Origin: a phage
DNA: 64,000 nt
Assembly (NCBI GenBank): GCA_020619395.1
Contig: GCA_020619395.1_4860.1
Direction: 5' to 3' (one strand)
Below the pieces are notes generated by a model. That model was not told the origin of the DNA. It did no database searches and saw only the letters and a list, made by a program, of their open reading frames with translations. Positions 19,463 through 27,823 of this stretch are shown one piece after another; position 1 is the first letter of the stretch; every line of letters starts with the position of its first letter. The translations under genes were made by a program, and so were the position numbers.

Positions 19463-21025
19463 ATGAATAGTAAAATGATGTTGATAACCGCCTTAGCCGC
19501 ACTGTATACAGAATCTATGCTGACGGACCCTAGCAAGGATCATGATGTCATAAGAAAAGTTCTGATGCAGATCAAGCTTCCGGAATATGCGGAAGATGGC
19601 GAAGAGCGCTTTGCACTCATCGAGATCAAGGACATTATCACATCTATCATAGACGGCGGCATGGAATACGACCACGCGAGCGTTATGAAGCGCTTGAAGC
19701 TGGCCACCACTCAAGTACGTCCTCTATACGATACGATTACCAAATTCCTCGAAGACGATTTGCCCGAGGAAGAAGACAAACGTACCGAGCATCTTAATCG
19801 ACAACTGTCTCAATATTATTTCCAATTACGTCAATGTTTACAGAGCGTCGAACTCAAAACAAAAATGGGTCGCGCGTTCGGAGCATTGAATGGAACTGAG
19901 ACACGTGTTGATCTGAACACCGCAGTGCTCGAACTCAAAGAGGCGCTATCTACGTTCGGTGAACGCTCTCATAATAAGATTCCATCACTGGTTGGTGAGC
20001 TGGTTACGGATAATCGTGCTCCGTTTGTTAAAGTGTTCGACTCGATTAACAAGAAAGCAGCAGGTAATGGTTTGCAGACGGGCTGGAAAGCCATTAACCA
20101 AATGCTCGGTTGTAACAAAGGGATTACCGAAGAACTGTGGCTAATGCCGGCGTTACCTTTTAACTGTAAGTCTTTGTTCAGTCTCTTACTGAGCTTGTCG
20201 ATTCCTATCTTCAACACGCCTGAGAAAGTAATGGCGGATGTGAAGGGCACACTGCAACCAATTATTCTTGACTTGAGTTTAGAAAACGAACTCGACGTTA
20301 ACTTAGCTTACGGCTATCAAGCACTGTACGGTCATTTTGAAGGACAAGTTCCACAGATGACCATTGCCCAAGATGCGACCGCTGAAGAGAAGTTAGCACA
20401 CACAACAGCAATGTCTGATTACCTCTGTGGTAAGATTCGCGCAAACGGTTGGGACTACGTTTTCCAAAAGCACACCAACTCCGATTTTAAAGTGCACTAC
20501 ATCAACGACCTTATTCTCGACTTACGTCGTCGCGGTTATCATGTTGTTGGCATTCGCGCAGACTACTTAGGCACAATCAGCAAAGCAGGACACGGCAACG
20601 GTATTGCCGGGAGTGATATCAAAGAAATTTATCGTATTGCTCGTAACATCCAAGTGGTACGCAACCGTGGGTTCTTAATTGCCCCACACCAGATTTCCCC
20701 AGAAGGTAAGCGCTTAAAAGCGTTAGACCCGGTAGGTTTCTGTAAGAACTTACCTGGTCGTGGTCTTTACGATAGTTGTTCGAGCCTTGATAACGAGGCC
20801 GATGGTGAAATGTATTTTAACAAGCGTGTGGTCAACGGCCATAGCTTCTTAGAAGTTCAACGCGGTAAGCACCGCACCATTATCGATACTAAAGAATCTT
20901 ATCACTACACAGTGATACCTTTCCAGGATGTTGGCATCCTGCCTTGGGATTGTGATAAAGAAGAAACCGTAACAGCGTCGTCTATCAACTTCTTCACCGG
21001 TGGAATGGGTGATGATTTGTTCTAA
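19463..21025 (+). CDS. hypothetical protein (520 aa)
   Basis: AAGGA ribosome-binding site; followed by plus-strand terminator hairpin ggggagc-ttag-gctcccc. Confidence 0.55.
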   Translation: MNSKMMLITALAALYTESMLTDPSKDHDVIRKVLMQIKLPEYAEDGEERFALIEIKDIITSIIDGGMEYDHASVMKRLKLATTQVRPLYDTITKFLEDDLPEEEDKRTEHLNRQLSQYYFQLRQCLQSVELKTKMGRAFGALNGTETRVDLNTAVLELKEALSTFGERSHNKIPSLVGELVTDNRAPFVKVFDSINKKAAGNGLQTGWKAINQMLGCNKGITEELWLMPALPFNCKSLFSLLLSLSIPIFNTPEKVMADVKGTLQPIILDLSLENELDVNLAYGYQALYGHFEGQVPQMTIAQDATAEEKLAHTTAMSDYLCGKIRANGWDYVFQKHTNSDFKVHYINDLILDLRRRGYHVVGIRADYLGTISKAGHGNGIAGSDIKEIYRIARNIQVVRNRGFLIAPHQISPEGKRLKALDPVGFCKNLPGRGLYDSCSSLDNEADGEMYFNKRVVNGHSFLEVQRGKHRTIIDTKESYHYTVIPFQDVGILPWDCDKEETVTASSINFFTGGMGDDLF

Positions 21026-21033
21026 CGAACACT

Positions 21034-21051
21034 GGGGAGCTTAGGCTCCCC
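21034..21051 (+). terminator. rho-independent terminator
   Basis: Hairpin ggggagcttaggctcccc immediately after the stop of 19463..21025. Confidence 0.55.
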
Positions 21052-21157
21052 TACGGGCAGTTTATGCGTCCTGCCAAGATCAAAAAAAATACGACGAACT
21101 ATTTATATGCATGGAATTACCCGAGTGCTGGAACACTCGGGTAAGAGTTATTTCATG

Positions 21158-21304
21158 TTAACTTTTGTTTAGTAGTATTTCACCTCCTAAACCCTTGATA
21201 CGACGAACAGTGTTCTGCTTGGGCGCAGTCAACTGTTGTACACGTTGGTTGAATTGGGTTTGCTTAACGTAATGGTTAAGTATTTGCGAACGTAGTTGTT
21301 CCAT
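21158..21304 (-). CDS. small protein, IKGLGG-motif paralog 1 (48 aa)
   Basis: MEQLRSQILNHYVKQTQFNQRVQQLTAPKQNTVRRIKGLGGEILLNKS; GGAGG ribosome-binding site 6 nt upstream; own terminator hairpin (21120-21141); paralog of the next gene. Confidence 0.55.
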   Translation of the reverse strand: MEQLRSQILNHYVKQTQFNQRVQQLTAPKQNTVRRIKGLGGEILLNKS

Positions 21305-21416
21305 GTAGTGCCTCCTTAGGCAGGTTGTTAATATATCGCTGCGCTGTGGTGGTACACAATGCACCGATATACTGTCACGGGAGTTAAAAGGGGTGCTCGA
21401 ACACCCCTGGTTAGTG

Positions 21417-21563
21417 TTACTTCTTATTGAAGATGATGTCACCTCCTAGTCCTTTAATGGTACGGGTGGAAGTCTGCGTTGGGCGGCTAACCTCTTGCAG
21501 ACGTTGTTGAAAAGCGACTTGTTTCAGCTGTTGCTGACGCAGTTGTTGCATAAAGGTATTCAT
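21417..21563 (-). CDS. small protein, IKGLGG-motif paralog 2 (48 aa)
   Basis: MNTFMQQLRQQQLKQVAFQQRLQEVSRPTQTSTRTIKGLGGDIIFNKK; below the 60-aa track cutoff; GAGG ribosome-binding site; own terminator (21390-21407). Confidence 0.55.
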   Translation of the reverse strand: MNTFMQQLRQQQLKQVAFQQRLQEVSRPTQTSTRTIKGLGGDIIFNKK

Positions 21564-21676
21564 GTTAACCTCTAAGTGGATGTGAATAAGCTCTCTCCTT
21601 CGGGAGAGAGCGCCTTTTATTTTCTTTTCGGAAAATAAATATAAAACCCTCTTACCCGAAGGTAAGAGGGGTACTA

Positions 21677-22537
21677 CTACGGTTTATAATCAACTTCGTT
21701 GATCTTGCCGCAAGCCGGACAAGCAATGTTCATTGTCTGCGAAGTATAGCGATGGGTTCTCGGTACTGTAGCGACATGGTTGCGGTTACAGCCGGAACAC
21801 GTCCAGCCAACCACTGGTGCCTTCGATTGTTTCTGGGCAGGTGTGTCTTCTTTTAACAATGCGACTACCGCGTGAAATTTACGAAGCTCTGCGTTAACAT
21901 GCGCTTCCCAGTCGGCGTCCAAACGCGCCGTGAACCAACGTTGAATCTTCTGGCCAAGTCCGTCTTGATTTTCTTCTTCATGGGACATCACAAACTTGAG
22001 ATTTGCACGACCCCATTGCACGACGTTCTCTACTTTAATCCCGTCTACGGTGTCGCTGATTGGCGTATAGTTAAAAGTTGGATAGGTGAGATAACAAGCT
22101 TCAGCTGTTGCAAAGACAGTATTGCCTTCAAACAGTGCCATGGCCTCATCGCCCTTAGCATCCTTCTGTGCGGCTTCCAATCGTGGGCAATGGAAACCTT
22201 CAAGTTGCTGGATTTTGGTCGTTAGCGCATTGATACCCTGTAGCACGGCAATGCGCTTTTTGCTGTCTGTGATCGTCGCCATTACCTTGCACAACGCGCG
22301 CGAGATAGCGCTATACATTGACGTTTTGCGGTTTTCATCGAGGAAACGCTCTTGCTGCTCCAGGTCGTAAGAAGACAGGCCGTAGCTCTGCCCTTCGACC
22401 AACACGACATAAGTACGACGTTTGTCGCGGTCCAGCTGGACAATGGCCGCATCGGTTAACGGATCGCTAGCCAATACTTCGTGGTTGGGAGGTAGGGGGA
22501 AATCCGAACTTTTGATAAAATCAGTAATGCTGTACAT
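21677..22537 (-). CDS. hypothetical protein with C-terminal zinc-ribbon-like Cys pairs
   Basis: AAGGAC ribosome-binding site; C-terminus contains CSGC...(19 aa)...CPAC. Confidence 0.5.
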   Translation of the reverse strand: MYSITDFIKSSDFPLPPNHEVLASDPLTDAAIVQLDRDKRRTYVVLVEGQSYGLSSYDLEQQERFLDENRKTSMYSAISRALCKVMATITDSKKRIAVLQGINALTTKIQQLEGFHCPRLEAAQKDAKGDEAMALFEGNTVFATAEACYLTYPTFNYTPISDTVDGIKVENVVQWGRANLKFVMSHEEENQDGLGQKIQRWFTARLDADWEAHVNAELRKFHAVVALLKEDTPAQKQSKAPVVGWTCSGCNRNHVATVPRTHRYTSQTMNIACPACGKINEVDYKP

Positions 22538-22540
22538 TTT

Positions 22541-22963
22541 TTAGTCCTTAAGAGAGTTAATAAAGTCATCTAAACTAATATCACGGAATGGGAAGTAAAC
22601 ACCTTCAAGCGGAATCGTGTAGTGTTCACTAATGGCACGTTGCCAATCCAGAACAGTTGCAGGGTAGTTCACAACCTCAAAGTTAGGATGCGTGATTGGC
22701 GGAATTGCGTTGTAAACATAGCCGTTAATATTTTTCGATGGGAACGCTGCACGGAACTTCGGCTCCATGTAGAACATTTCTTCTTTTACTTCCTGGCCTT
22801 CCCAGAAACGATAGCCACCCTTACCGTCAGGAATATAAATCGCCTTGTCACGGGGTATAGGGGAATCCTTGGATAGCGGAACAAATCGCCCGTACTGGTC
22901 AAGAACCATCCAGTCAGTGTCATTCTTTAAATACTTTTGGAGCTTCTCATTAATCATTTTCAT
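22541..22963 (-). CDS. hypothetical protein
   Basis: Start set at internal ATG 22963, which has an AAGGAA ribosome-binding site; the track ORF start at 23038 would run through the terminator hairpin 22982-23003. Confidence 0.45.
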   Translation of the reverse strand: MKMINEKLQKYLKNDTDWMVLDQYGRFVPLSKDSPIPRDKAIYIPDGKGGYRFWEGQEVKEEMFYMEPKFRAAFPSKNINGYVYNAIPPITHPNFEVVNYPATVLDWQRAISEHYTIPLEGVYFPFRDISLDDFINSLKD

Positions 22964-23015
22964 GTTCCTTAGGCAAAAAATAATACCACCCGTAGGTGGT
23001 ATTAAATTATCTATA

Positions 23016-23204
23016 CTACTTCTTCCCGAGTTCCCCACGGAACTTCGCCAGCTCTTCTTTCCAGTCCGGCTTCGGTAGTGCGCTTTTCGGCCCCACGATA
23101 AACGTACGTTCTGAGGTTTGCGGATTCACCTCTACTGTTTCGTTATCTTCCACTTCGCGAAGCACGATTCCGTTTTTACCATCGTAATTAACTAAAACGC
23201 CCAT
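23016..23204 (-). CDS. hypothetical small protein (62 aa)
   Basis: AGGAG ribosome-binding site upstream of ATG 23204. Confidence 0.45.
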   Translation of the reverse strand: MGVLVNYDGKNGIVLREVEDNETVEVNPQTSERTFIVGPKSALPKPDWKEELAKFRGELGKK

Positions 23205-23386
23205 TAGTAAATCTCCTGCTGCATTGGAAACACATTACCTGTCGGTGAGACGAGTAAGACTTGCGCGGTAACGTGAACAATTTCTTCTTCGTCCTGATGA
23301 CGAACACCGTTAGTGAGATTATCCCACTCACGTTTAACACGAGGGTGAGATAAGAACTCGGCAAACTGCGTATCAGAAAAGTCCAT
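23204..23386 (-). CDS. hypothetical small protein (60 aa)
   Basis: ATG at 23386 overlaps the stop of the upstream small ORF in a TAATG arrangement; track ORF uses a GTG at 23404. Confidence 0.4.
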   Translation of the reverse strand: MDFSDTQFAEFLSHPRVKREWDNLTNGVRHQDEEEIVHVTAQVLLVSPTGNVFPMQQEIY

Positions 23387-23529
23387 TAGCCGCGACCTGT
23401 ACACATGGCAACAGAGTTACCGTTATCGATGCACTTGTTGTAATCTTGAGTTACAGTGATAGACAGTACCGCGAAAGCAACAACAGCAACGATTGCGAAG
23501 ATGGCACGTTTATGGTTACGAGTTAACAT
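23386..23529 (-). CDS. small single-pass membrane peptide (47 aa)
   Basis: Not in ORF track. MLTRNHKRAIFAIVAVVAFAVLSITVTQDYNKCIDNGNSVAMCTGRG; AAGGAG ribosome-binding site 7 nt upstream; first gene after promoter-like motif A. Confidence 0.4.
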   Translation of the reverse strand: MLTRNHKRAIFAIVAVVAFAVLSITVTQDYNKCIDNGNSVAMCTGRG

Positions 23530-23580
23530 GGTAATACTCCTTTAGCTTAATAGTCGATTGAGTTGATAGATTGTCTTCTA

Positions 23581-23606
23581 TCACCTAGGTAATATATATC
23601 TGAAAT
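23581..23606 (-). promoter_or_regulatory. conserved AT-rich promoter-like motif (copy A)
   Basis: tcacctaggtaatatatatctgaaat; identical 26-mer also at 32085-32110; about 52 nt upstream of ATG 23529. Confidence 0.55.
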
Positions 23607-23636
23607 TATTTTTATTCAGAGTACACCCTCTATAAC

Positions 23637-23727
23637 GCTCTCAAACGCGTTTTGAGAGCTTTTATCACTTTAGAGGGTCGTTCTACCGTTAGAGTGGCTT
23701 TAGAAGGTTGTGTGTGCGTTTAGAGGG
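23637..23727. repeat. intergenic array: 9-bp inverted repeat plus four helically phased direct repeats TTAGAG(G/A/T)G
   Basis: Palindrome gctctcaaa-cgcgt-tttgagagc (23637-23659); direct copies at 23669, 23689, 23699, 23719 (spacing 20/10/20 bp). Confidence 0.5.
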
Positions 23728-23741
23728 CTAAAATAAAGAGA

Positions 23742-23764
23742 CCTGGTCTCACAAGGAGACCAGG
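23742..23764 (-). terminator. rho-independent terminator
   Basis: cctggtctc-acaag-gagaccagg hairpin after the stop of 23772..24569, T-rich tail on minus strand. Confidence 0.6.
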
Positions 23765-23771
23765 CACACTT

Positions 23772-24569
23772 TTACATCAAATCCAGGCTCTGAGAGACCG
23801 CAACTTCCGGTTCACTGATGCCGCTGGTCACTGACAATGTAAAGCGACGATCGTTAATCACTTCAACTGCCTCGCTCGCACGCAGTGAATACTTATCGGC
23901 GATTGGCAGTACACTGTTATCGTTCTGTGGCGGCAGAATCTGTGCCGGGAACGGAATGTACGAGTTGAAAGTGATATACGGACCGACTTGCATCATCGGG
24001 AACACTTCGTTCACGTTATTCGACATCCCTTCATCCGAAGAGATAACGGAGTGACGCAGACAGGCACGCAAGCCAACGGTGTACTCCGGATCGCGCGATT
24101 CGCCGATCAGTGCGAAACGGAACACGTTGAAATCGTAGTCGTCTGCAGCGAAGTGTTCTGGCAGGATACGCTGTACGTATTCAGGGTAAGTGGTCACGTC
24201 ACCCGGAATAACATTCACGGCGAGTTTCTGTGCCAGGAAATACGCATTCGCGAAACCGTACTGCCCCGCCAGCGCAGCTGATATCGGTGCAGTGGTTACG
24301 CAGTGCAGGAACAAGTGATAACCCAGCCCGCCTTTATCTTCGATTGCCAGGTCCTTCTTACTCTGCACACCGTCAGCAGTATAAATAACTGCCACTGTTT
24401 TATCCAACGTCGATGCCATGACAAAATCCAACTGCACCTCACCGCTTTGCGGCAGTACCTTAACCAGGCGATCCCAGAGCTTGGTCGGTTTGGTGAAGTT
24501 AGCGGCTTCGTACGCATCAATGTCGAGAACAGTTTGGCCGGTCATGCGAAAGGTGTGAATCGCTTTCAT
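23772..24569 (-). CDS. hypothetical protein (265 aa)
   Basis: ORF, last gene of an operon before the terminator. Confidence 0.55.
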   Translation of the reverse strand: MKAIHTFRMTGQTVLDIDAYEAANFTKPTKLWDRLVKVLPQSGEVQLDFVMASTLDKTVAVIYTADGVQSKKDLAIEDKGGLGYHLFLHCVTTAPISAALAGQYGFANAYFLAQKLAVNVIPGDVTTYPEYVQRILPEHFAADDYDFNVFRFALIGESRDPEYTVGLRACLRHSVISSDEGMSNNVNEVFPMMQVGPYITFNSYIPFPAQILPPQNDNSVLPIADKYSLRASEAVEVINDRRFTLSVTSGISEPEVAVSQSLDLM

Positions 24570-24612
24570 TGCAATATTTTCCTTAAGGTTACTTACGGGT
24601 CATACTAGATGA

Positions 24613-25926
24613 CTAAGCTGTAAATTTTTCATCTTTGAGCCAAAGACTCAGTTGTGATTGGGTGTTATAGCGTCCTGATGCCATCGTTTGACCGTCGACA
24701 GCAGACTGGAACACTTCACCCACCAACGTGCCGTAGCGGGTATAGACCCCATACTCGTTGGCAAAAACGTATTTTACCGGCATACCGGGATATAGGATGC
24801 CGTGCGTTGAACGGTTCCAGGTTGTTTGCACAATCGTACCCAGACTCATCTCCAGTTTAGACCGCTGTGGTTTATCGGTATCGCTAAAGTGCTTATCAGG
24901 ATCGATTGGTGCGTTAACCACACCACCTGGATACGCAGCAGGGTCAGCCTGTGCCACAAATTTATCAGGTGTAGTCATACTGATGTCGCCAGGCGTAAAT
25001 GAACTACTACGCCCATCCAACACACGTACAGACCCTACCCGGTAACCCGTACCCTGGTTAAGCGCGGCCTGGTCACGGTATTCCAAACTACTGGTGTCGC
25101 CGCCACAAATCAGATAGATAACATTACCCGCGATATCGGTGGTGCGGTCAATGTGAGCAGCCTGTTCACGAGGCAGATTATAGATGACCAGTTTAGGCTT
25201 CGTTGTGTTATTAAACTTCAACGAGTCCCAAGGTCGATACAGATACCATCGTTGTAGGTATTGGAAGACCCCAATACCTTTGCTGTAAACACCGTAATGG
25301 TTCTGCAGATAATCAAACACGCTTAAGAAGTCTTCGGAGTCTGGTATAACGATGTCCCGATATGCCTGCTGTTCTTCTTCATCGTATTCAATCCCTTTCA
25401 ACTGCCCCTCTGCAGCCACCCCTTCCGGCAACGTATCCGCCAGTATCGAGCGTGCCACTGTTAACCCATCTGTTTCGTGGTAGATGCCGCCCACTTGACG
25501 ATTACGCAGGAACCACATCGACTCATCCATCAGCTCCAATGTTACCAAAGCGATAGATTTCTCATCAGACTGACTCAAGAACATCGTCGGTGTTTCCGCG
25601 TTGTGGTCGCGGTTATTTATCACGATGCCGCGGTAGTTAAAGACCCCCGCGATTTTCTGTCCACGACGCAATAACAGCTTTACCTTCAAATCCCCTTCTG
25701 CGGACGACGTGATCATTCGCATGTGGCTGTAGGGTATAGCCAAGGTGAGATGTGTCAATAAACAGATATCACGCGTAAAGTGACCGGTGTGAATGATAGA
25801 CAGCATCTTCAACACCGTCACTGGGGCACCGTGTACCGTGAGGAATATCCCGTAGTCGATAGCCGGTAACCCCCGAGCATTAGCGATGTGACCGTTCGCC
25901 ATCTGTTGTAACCGACCAAACGACAT
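24613..25926 (-). CDS. hypothetical protein (437 aa)
   Basis: ORF in a coupled gene series 24613-29300. Confidence 0.55.
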   Translation of the reverse strand: MSFGRLQQMANGHIANARGLPAIDYGIFLTVHGAPVTVLKMLSIIHTGHFTRDICLLTHLTLAIPYSHMRMITSSAEGDLKVKLLLRRGQKIAGVFNYRGIVINNRDHNAETPTMFLSQSDEKSIALVTLELMDESMWFLRNRQVGGIYHETDGLTVARSILADTLPEGVAAEGQLKGIEYDEEEQQAYRDIVIPDSEDFLSVFDYLQNHYGVYSKGIGVFQYLQRWYLYRPWDSLKFNNTTKPKLVIYNLPREQAAHIDRTTDIAGNVIYLICGGDTSSLEYRDQAALNQGTGYRVGSVRVLDGRSSSFTPGDISMTTPDKFVAQADPAAYPGGVVNAPIDPDKHFSDTDKPQRSKLEMSLGTIVQTTWNRSTHGILYPGMPVKYVFANEYGVYTRYGTLVGEVFQSAVDGQTMASGRYNTQSQLSLWLKDEKFTA

Positions 25927-26465
25927 TAGCGACCTCCTCGGGCTCTATAAGCGTACTCAATACGTTTCATAATCGTATCATTAAAACGGTGGAGTTTAGA
26001 CTCCAGGCGGACCTGCCCAAATAACGACTGAACACAGTCCGCCATCGTTGCCGTGGGTTTCTTGAAATACCCGTAGCGGTTAGCCACAGGAAACAGTTTC
26101 GAAGCCAGCACATTGAACTGACGCAACCCTTCGATAGGGACTTCCCGGTAAATCAGCGTCGGGTTCTCCAGATAGTTCAGCCAGTCCGCAAGGTGTTCCA
26201 TAATCCACCCGTACACTTTAATCCCGTCATGCGGGTCGTGTACATCTAACGCACCACCGGTCGCTAAATACTCAGCAGCTTCTGAGGGGTGCAGATAGAT
26301 AGGCTTCATGTTCAGTAACAACGCTTGTCGTTTCTTCGGGTCTTCTGGCAAGAACAATCCGTGTTCCTGACTGGCGTAGGTTGTGATGGTTGCGTATTCC
26401 GGTACCCGGAAGAACACCCACGCTTTAAACAGCATAAATGCTGCACTGCGCTTCTTCTCCGACAT
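25926..26465 (-). CDS. hypothetical protein (179 aa)
   Basis: Start/stop overlap with neighbours. Confidence 0.5.
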   Translation of the reverse strand: MSEKKRSAAFMLFKAWVFFRVPEYATITTYASQEHGLFLPEDPKKRQALLLNMKPIYLHPSEAAEYLATGGALDVHDPHDGIKVYGWIMEHLADWLNYLENPTLIYREVPIEGLRQFNVLASKLFPVANRYGYFKKPTATMADCVQSLFGQVRLESKLHRFNDTIMKRIEYAYRARGGR

Positions 26466-26467
26466 TA

Positions 26468-27823
26468 CTACCTCGCGTATTTCAAAATCACGTAGACCAT
26501 CGGGACGTAATAGAACTGACTGTCCTTCGGTAAAGCCAGCACCAATTCTGCTAAACGCGCAGCCACTTCACTAGGTACCGGTTGTTTGTTCAGATACAGG
26601 TACAAACAATGCTCCAGAACCGAGCTGTACGAGCCGCTATAGAACGTTTCGCTTAACAGGTAGGGTTTATACGTCAACGGCAGAAAAGCCACCATATCCT
26701 CGCCTGCGTTGCCCTGATACTCAGGGAACATAACCGGTTCGAATGCTTCGAACTCTGGCCACTCCCCATCGTACGTTGCCAACTGACGAATCTGTGATGT
26801 AAAGAAGCGCGTTGAACTGAACTGTGACCACGCGATGGTGTTGCGGGTCTGCATCGTTCTGAAAGTGCGCGGGTTAACTGCGCTGCATTCTTTCTCGACG
26901 TACGGTAGTAGTCCTGGCTGTTGATTTAACAACACCGTGAACAGCGTTTCGATATCTTGCACAGGTTTCGGCGGGTGTGGGTAAATACGGATATCTTTAC
27001 CAACGGTTCGAAGACCGATAGCCTTCACAAACATCGCCAAGAAGACGTCGTAGTAGCCACCTGCCTTTAACCCGTCAAGTTTCCAGTCACGTGGATAGGC
27101 GAGGGTTTCTAAACTGGTATCGTAGAAACGGCGAACAAACGTCGTCTCAATGTCCTTAATGCGGTCTCCCAGCTCCAGGAACGTACGATACTCGTTGGGG
27201 GTCAGTAAGGTATCACCACCGGTCCACGCGCGCTCACGGACGTAATGGAGCGTTCTCACAGTGCACAGACGAATCGTCTCTGCAATCTGCGGTGTAATCT
27301 CGTACAACATCGTGTAACGTATCTGGTACGTTGCAATTTTGTTGTTCGACATTCGGGTAACGGCAGTGATGTTAAACAGTCCGTGTCGATGGTCGCCTAT
27401 CGGCGCAACAAAGAAGTCACCCTCGTTCGGTGTAATCGATGCTACCAGGGTCGACGTCCCGGTCAGTTCGAAAGTCTTACGTTGTTCGTCCTGCGTACGG
27501 TCGAGCGGTGCGTTAACACGTAATGACAGATTAACAATCTTAAGCAGCTGTTGCGTAGGGCTGTCATTCTGAGTATCGAACATCGTCTTCGGATCGTTGC
27601 GACCCGACAACGCGTGATAAAAATCAACCGGCCATTCAGAACCTTCGTTGTATTGCAGGAGATACTGTTTCGGAATCCTGTCGAAGTCCGTTACCGTGGT
27701 GCGGGTTGGAATCGTTACCAAGTTGCTGGCTTCTTTCACCCCGTCCTGCGGTTTATTGATAATCGGAATTTCAGGTTCAACAGGAACGAATTTGGTATCA
27801 CCCCTCTTGTTCGCCTTGAGCAT
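26468..27823 (-). CDS. hypothetical protein (451 aa)
   Basis: ORF; overlaps upstream gene end. Confidence 0.55.
   Translation of the reverse strand: MLKANKRGDTKFVPVEPEIPIINKPQDGVKEASNLVTIPTRTTVTDFDRIPKQYLLQYNEGSEWPVDFYHALSGRNDPKTMFDTQNDSPTQQLLKIVNLSLRVNAPLDRTQDEQRKTFELTGTSTLVASITPNEGDFFVAPIGDHRHGLFNITAVTRMSNNKIATYQIRYTMLYEITPQIAETIRLCTVRTLHYVRERAWTGGDTLLTPNEYRTFLELGDRIKDIETTFVRRFYDTSLETLAYPRDWKLDGLKAGGYYDVFLAMFVKAIGLRTVGKDIRIYPHPPKPVQDIETLFTVLLNQQPGLLPYVEKECSAVNPRTFRTMQTRNTIAWSQFSSTRFFTSQIRQLATYDGEWPEFEAFEPVMFPEYQGNAGEDMVAFLPLTYKPYLLSETFYSGSYSSVLEHCLYLYLNKQPVPSEVAARLAELVLALPKDSQFYYVPMVYVILKYAR

Noticed and set aside
19440-21030. Apparent 1-nt disagreements between sequence-line labels and ORF-track coordinates (for example at 19463 and 60884)
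   Set aside because: Treated as a formatting or counting artefact rather than biology; ORF-track coordinates were used where available and self-derived coordinates are flagged as +/-2 nt.
21625-21660. Hairpin plus T-tract read as a plus-strand terminator
   Set aside because: No plus-strand gene lies upstream; on the minus strand it sits between the terminator of 21677..22537 and the start of the small paralog, so it is more likely a minus-strand regulatory or 5'-UTR structure.
23669-23727. Possible CRISPR array
   Set aside because: Repeat units are only 8-9 bp with 10-20 bp spacing, far too short and irregular for CRISPR; no other regularly spaced 25-40 bp repeats were seen in the window.
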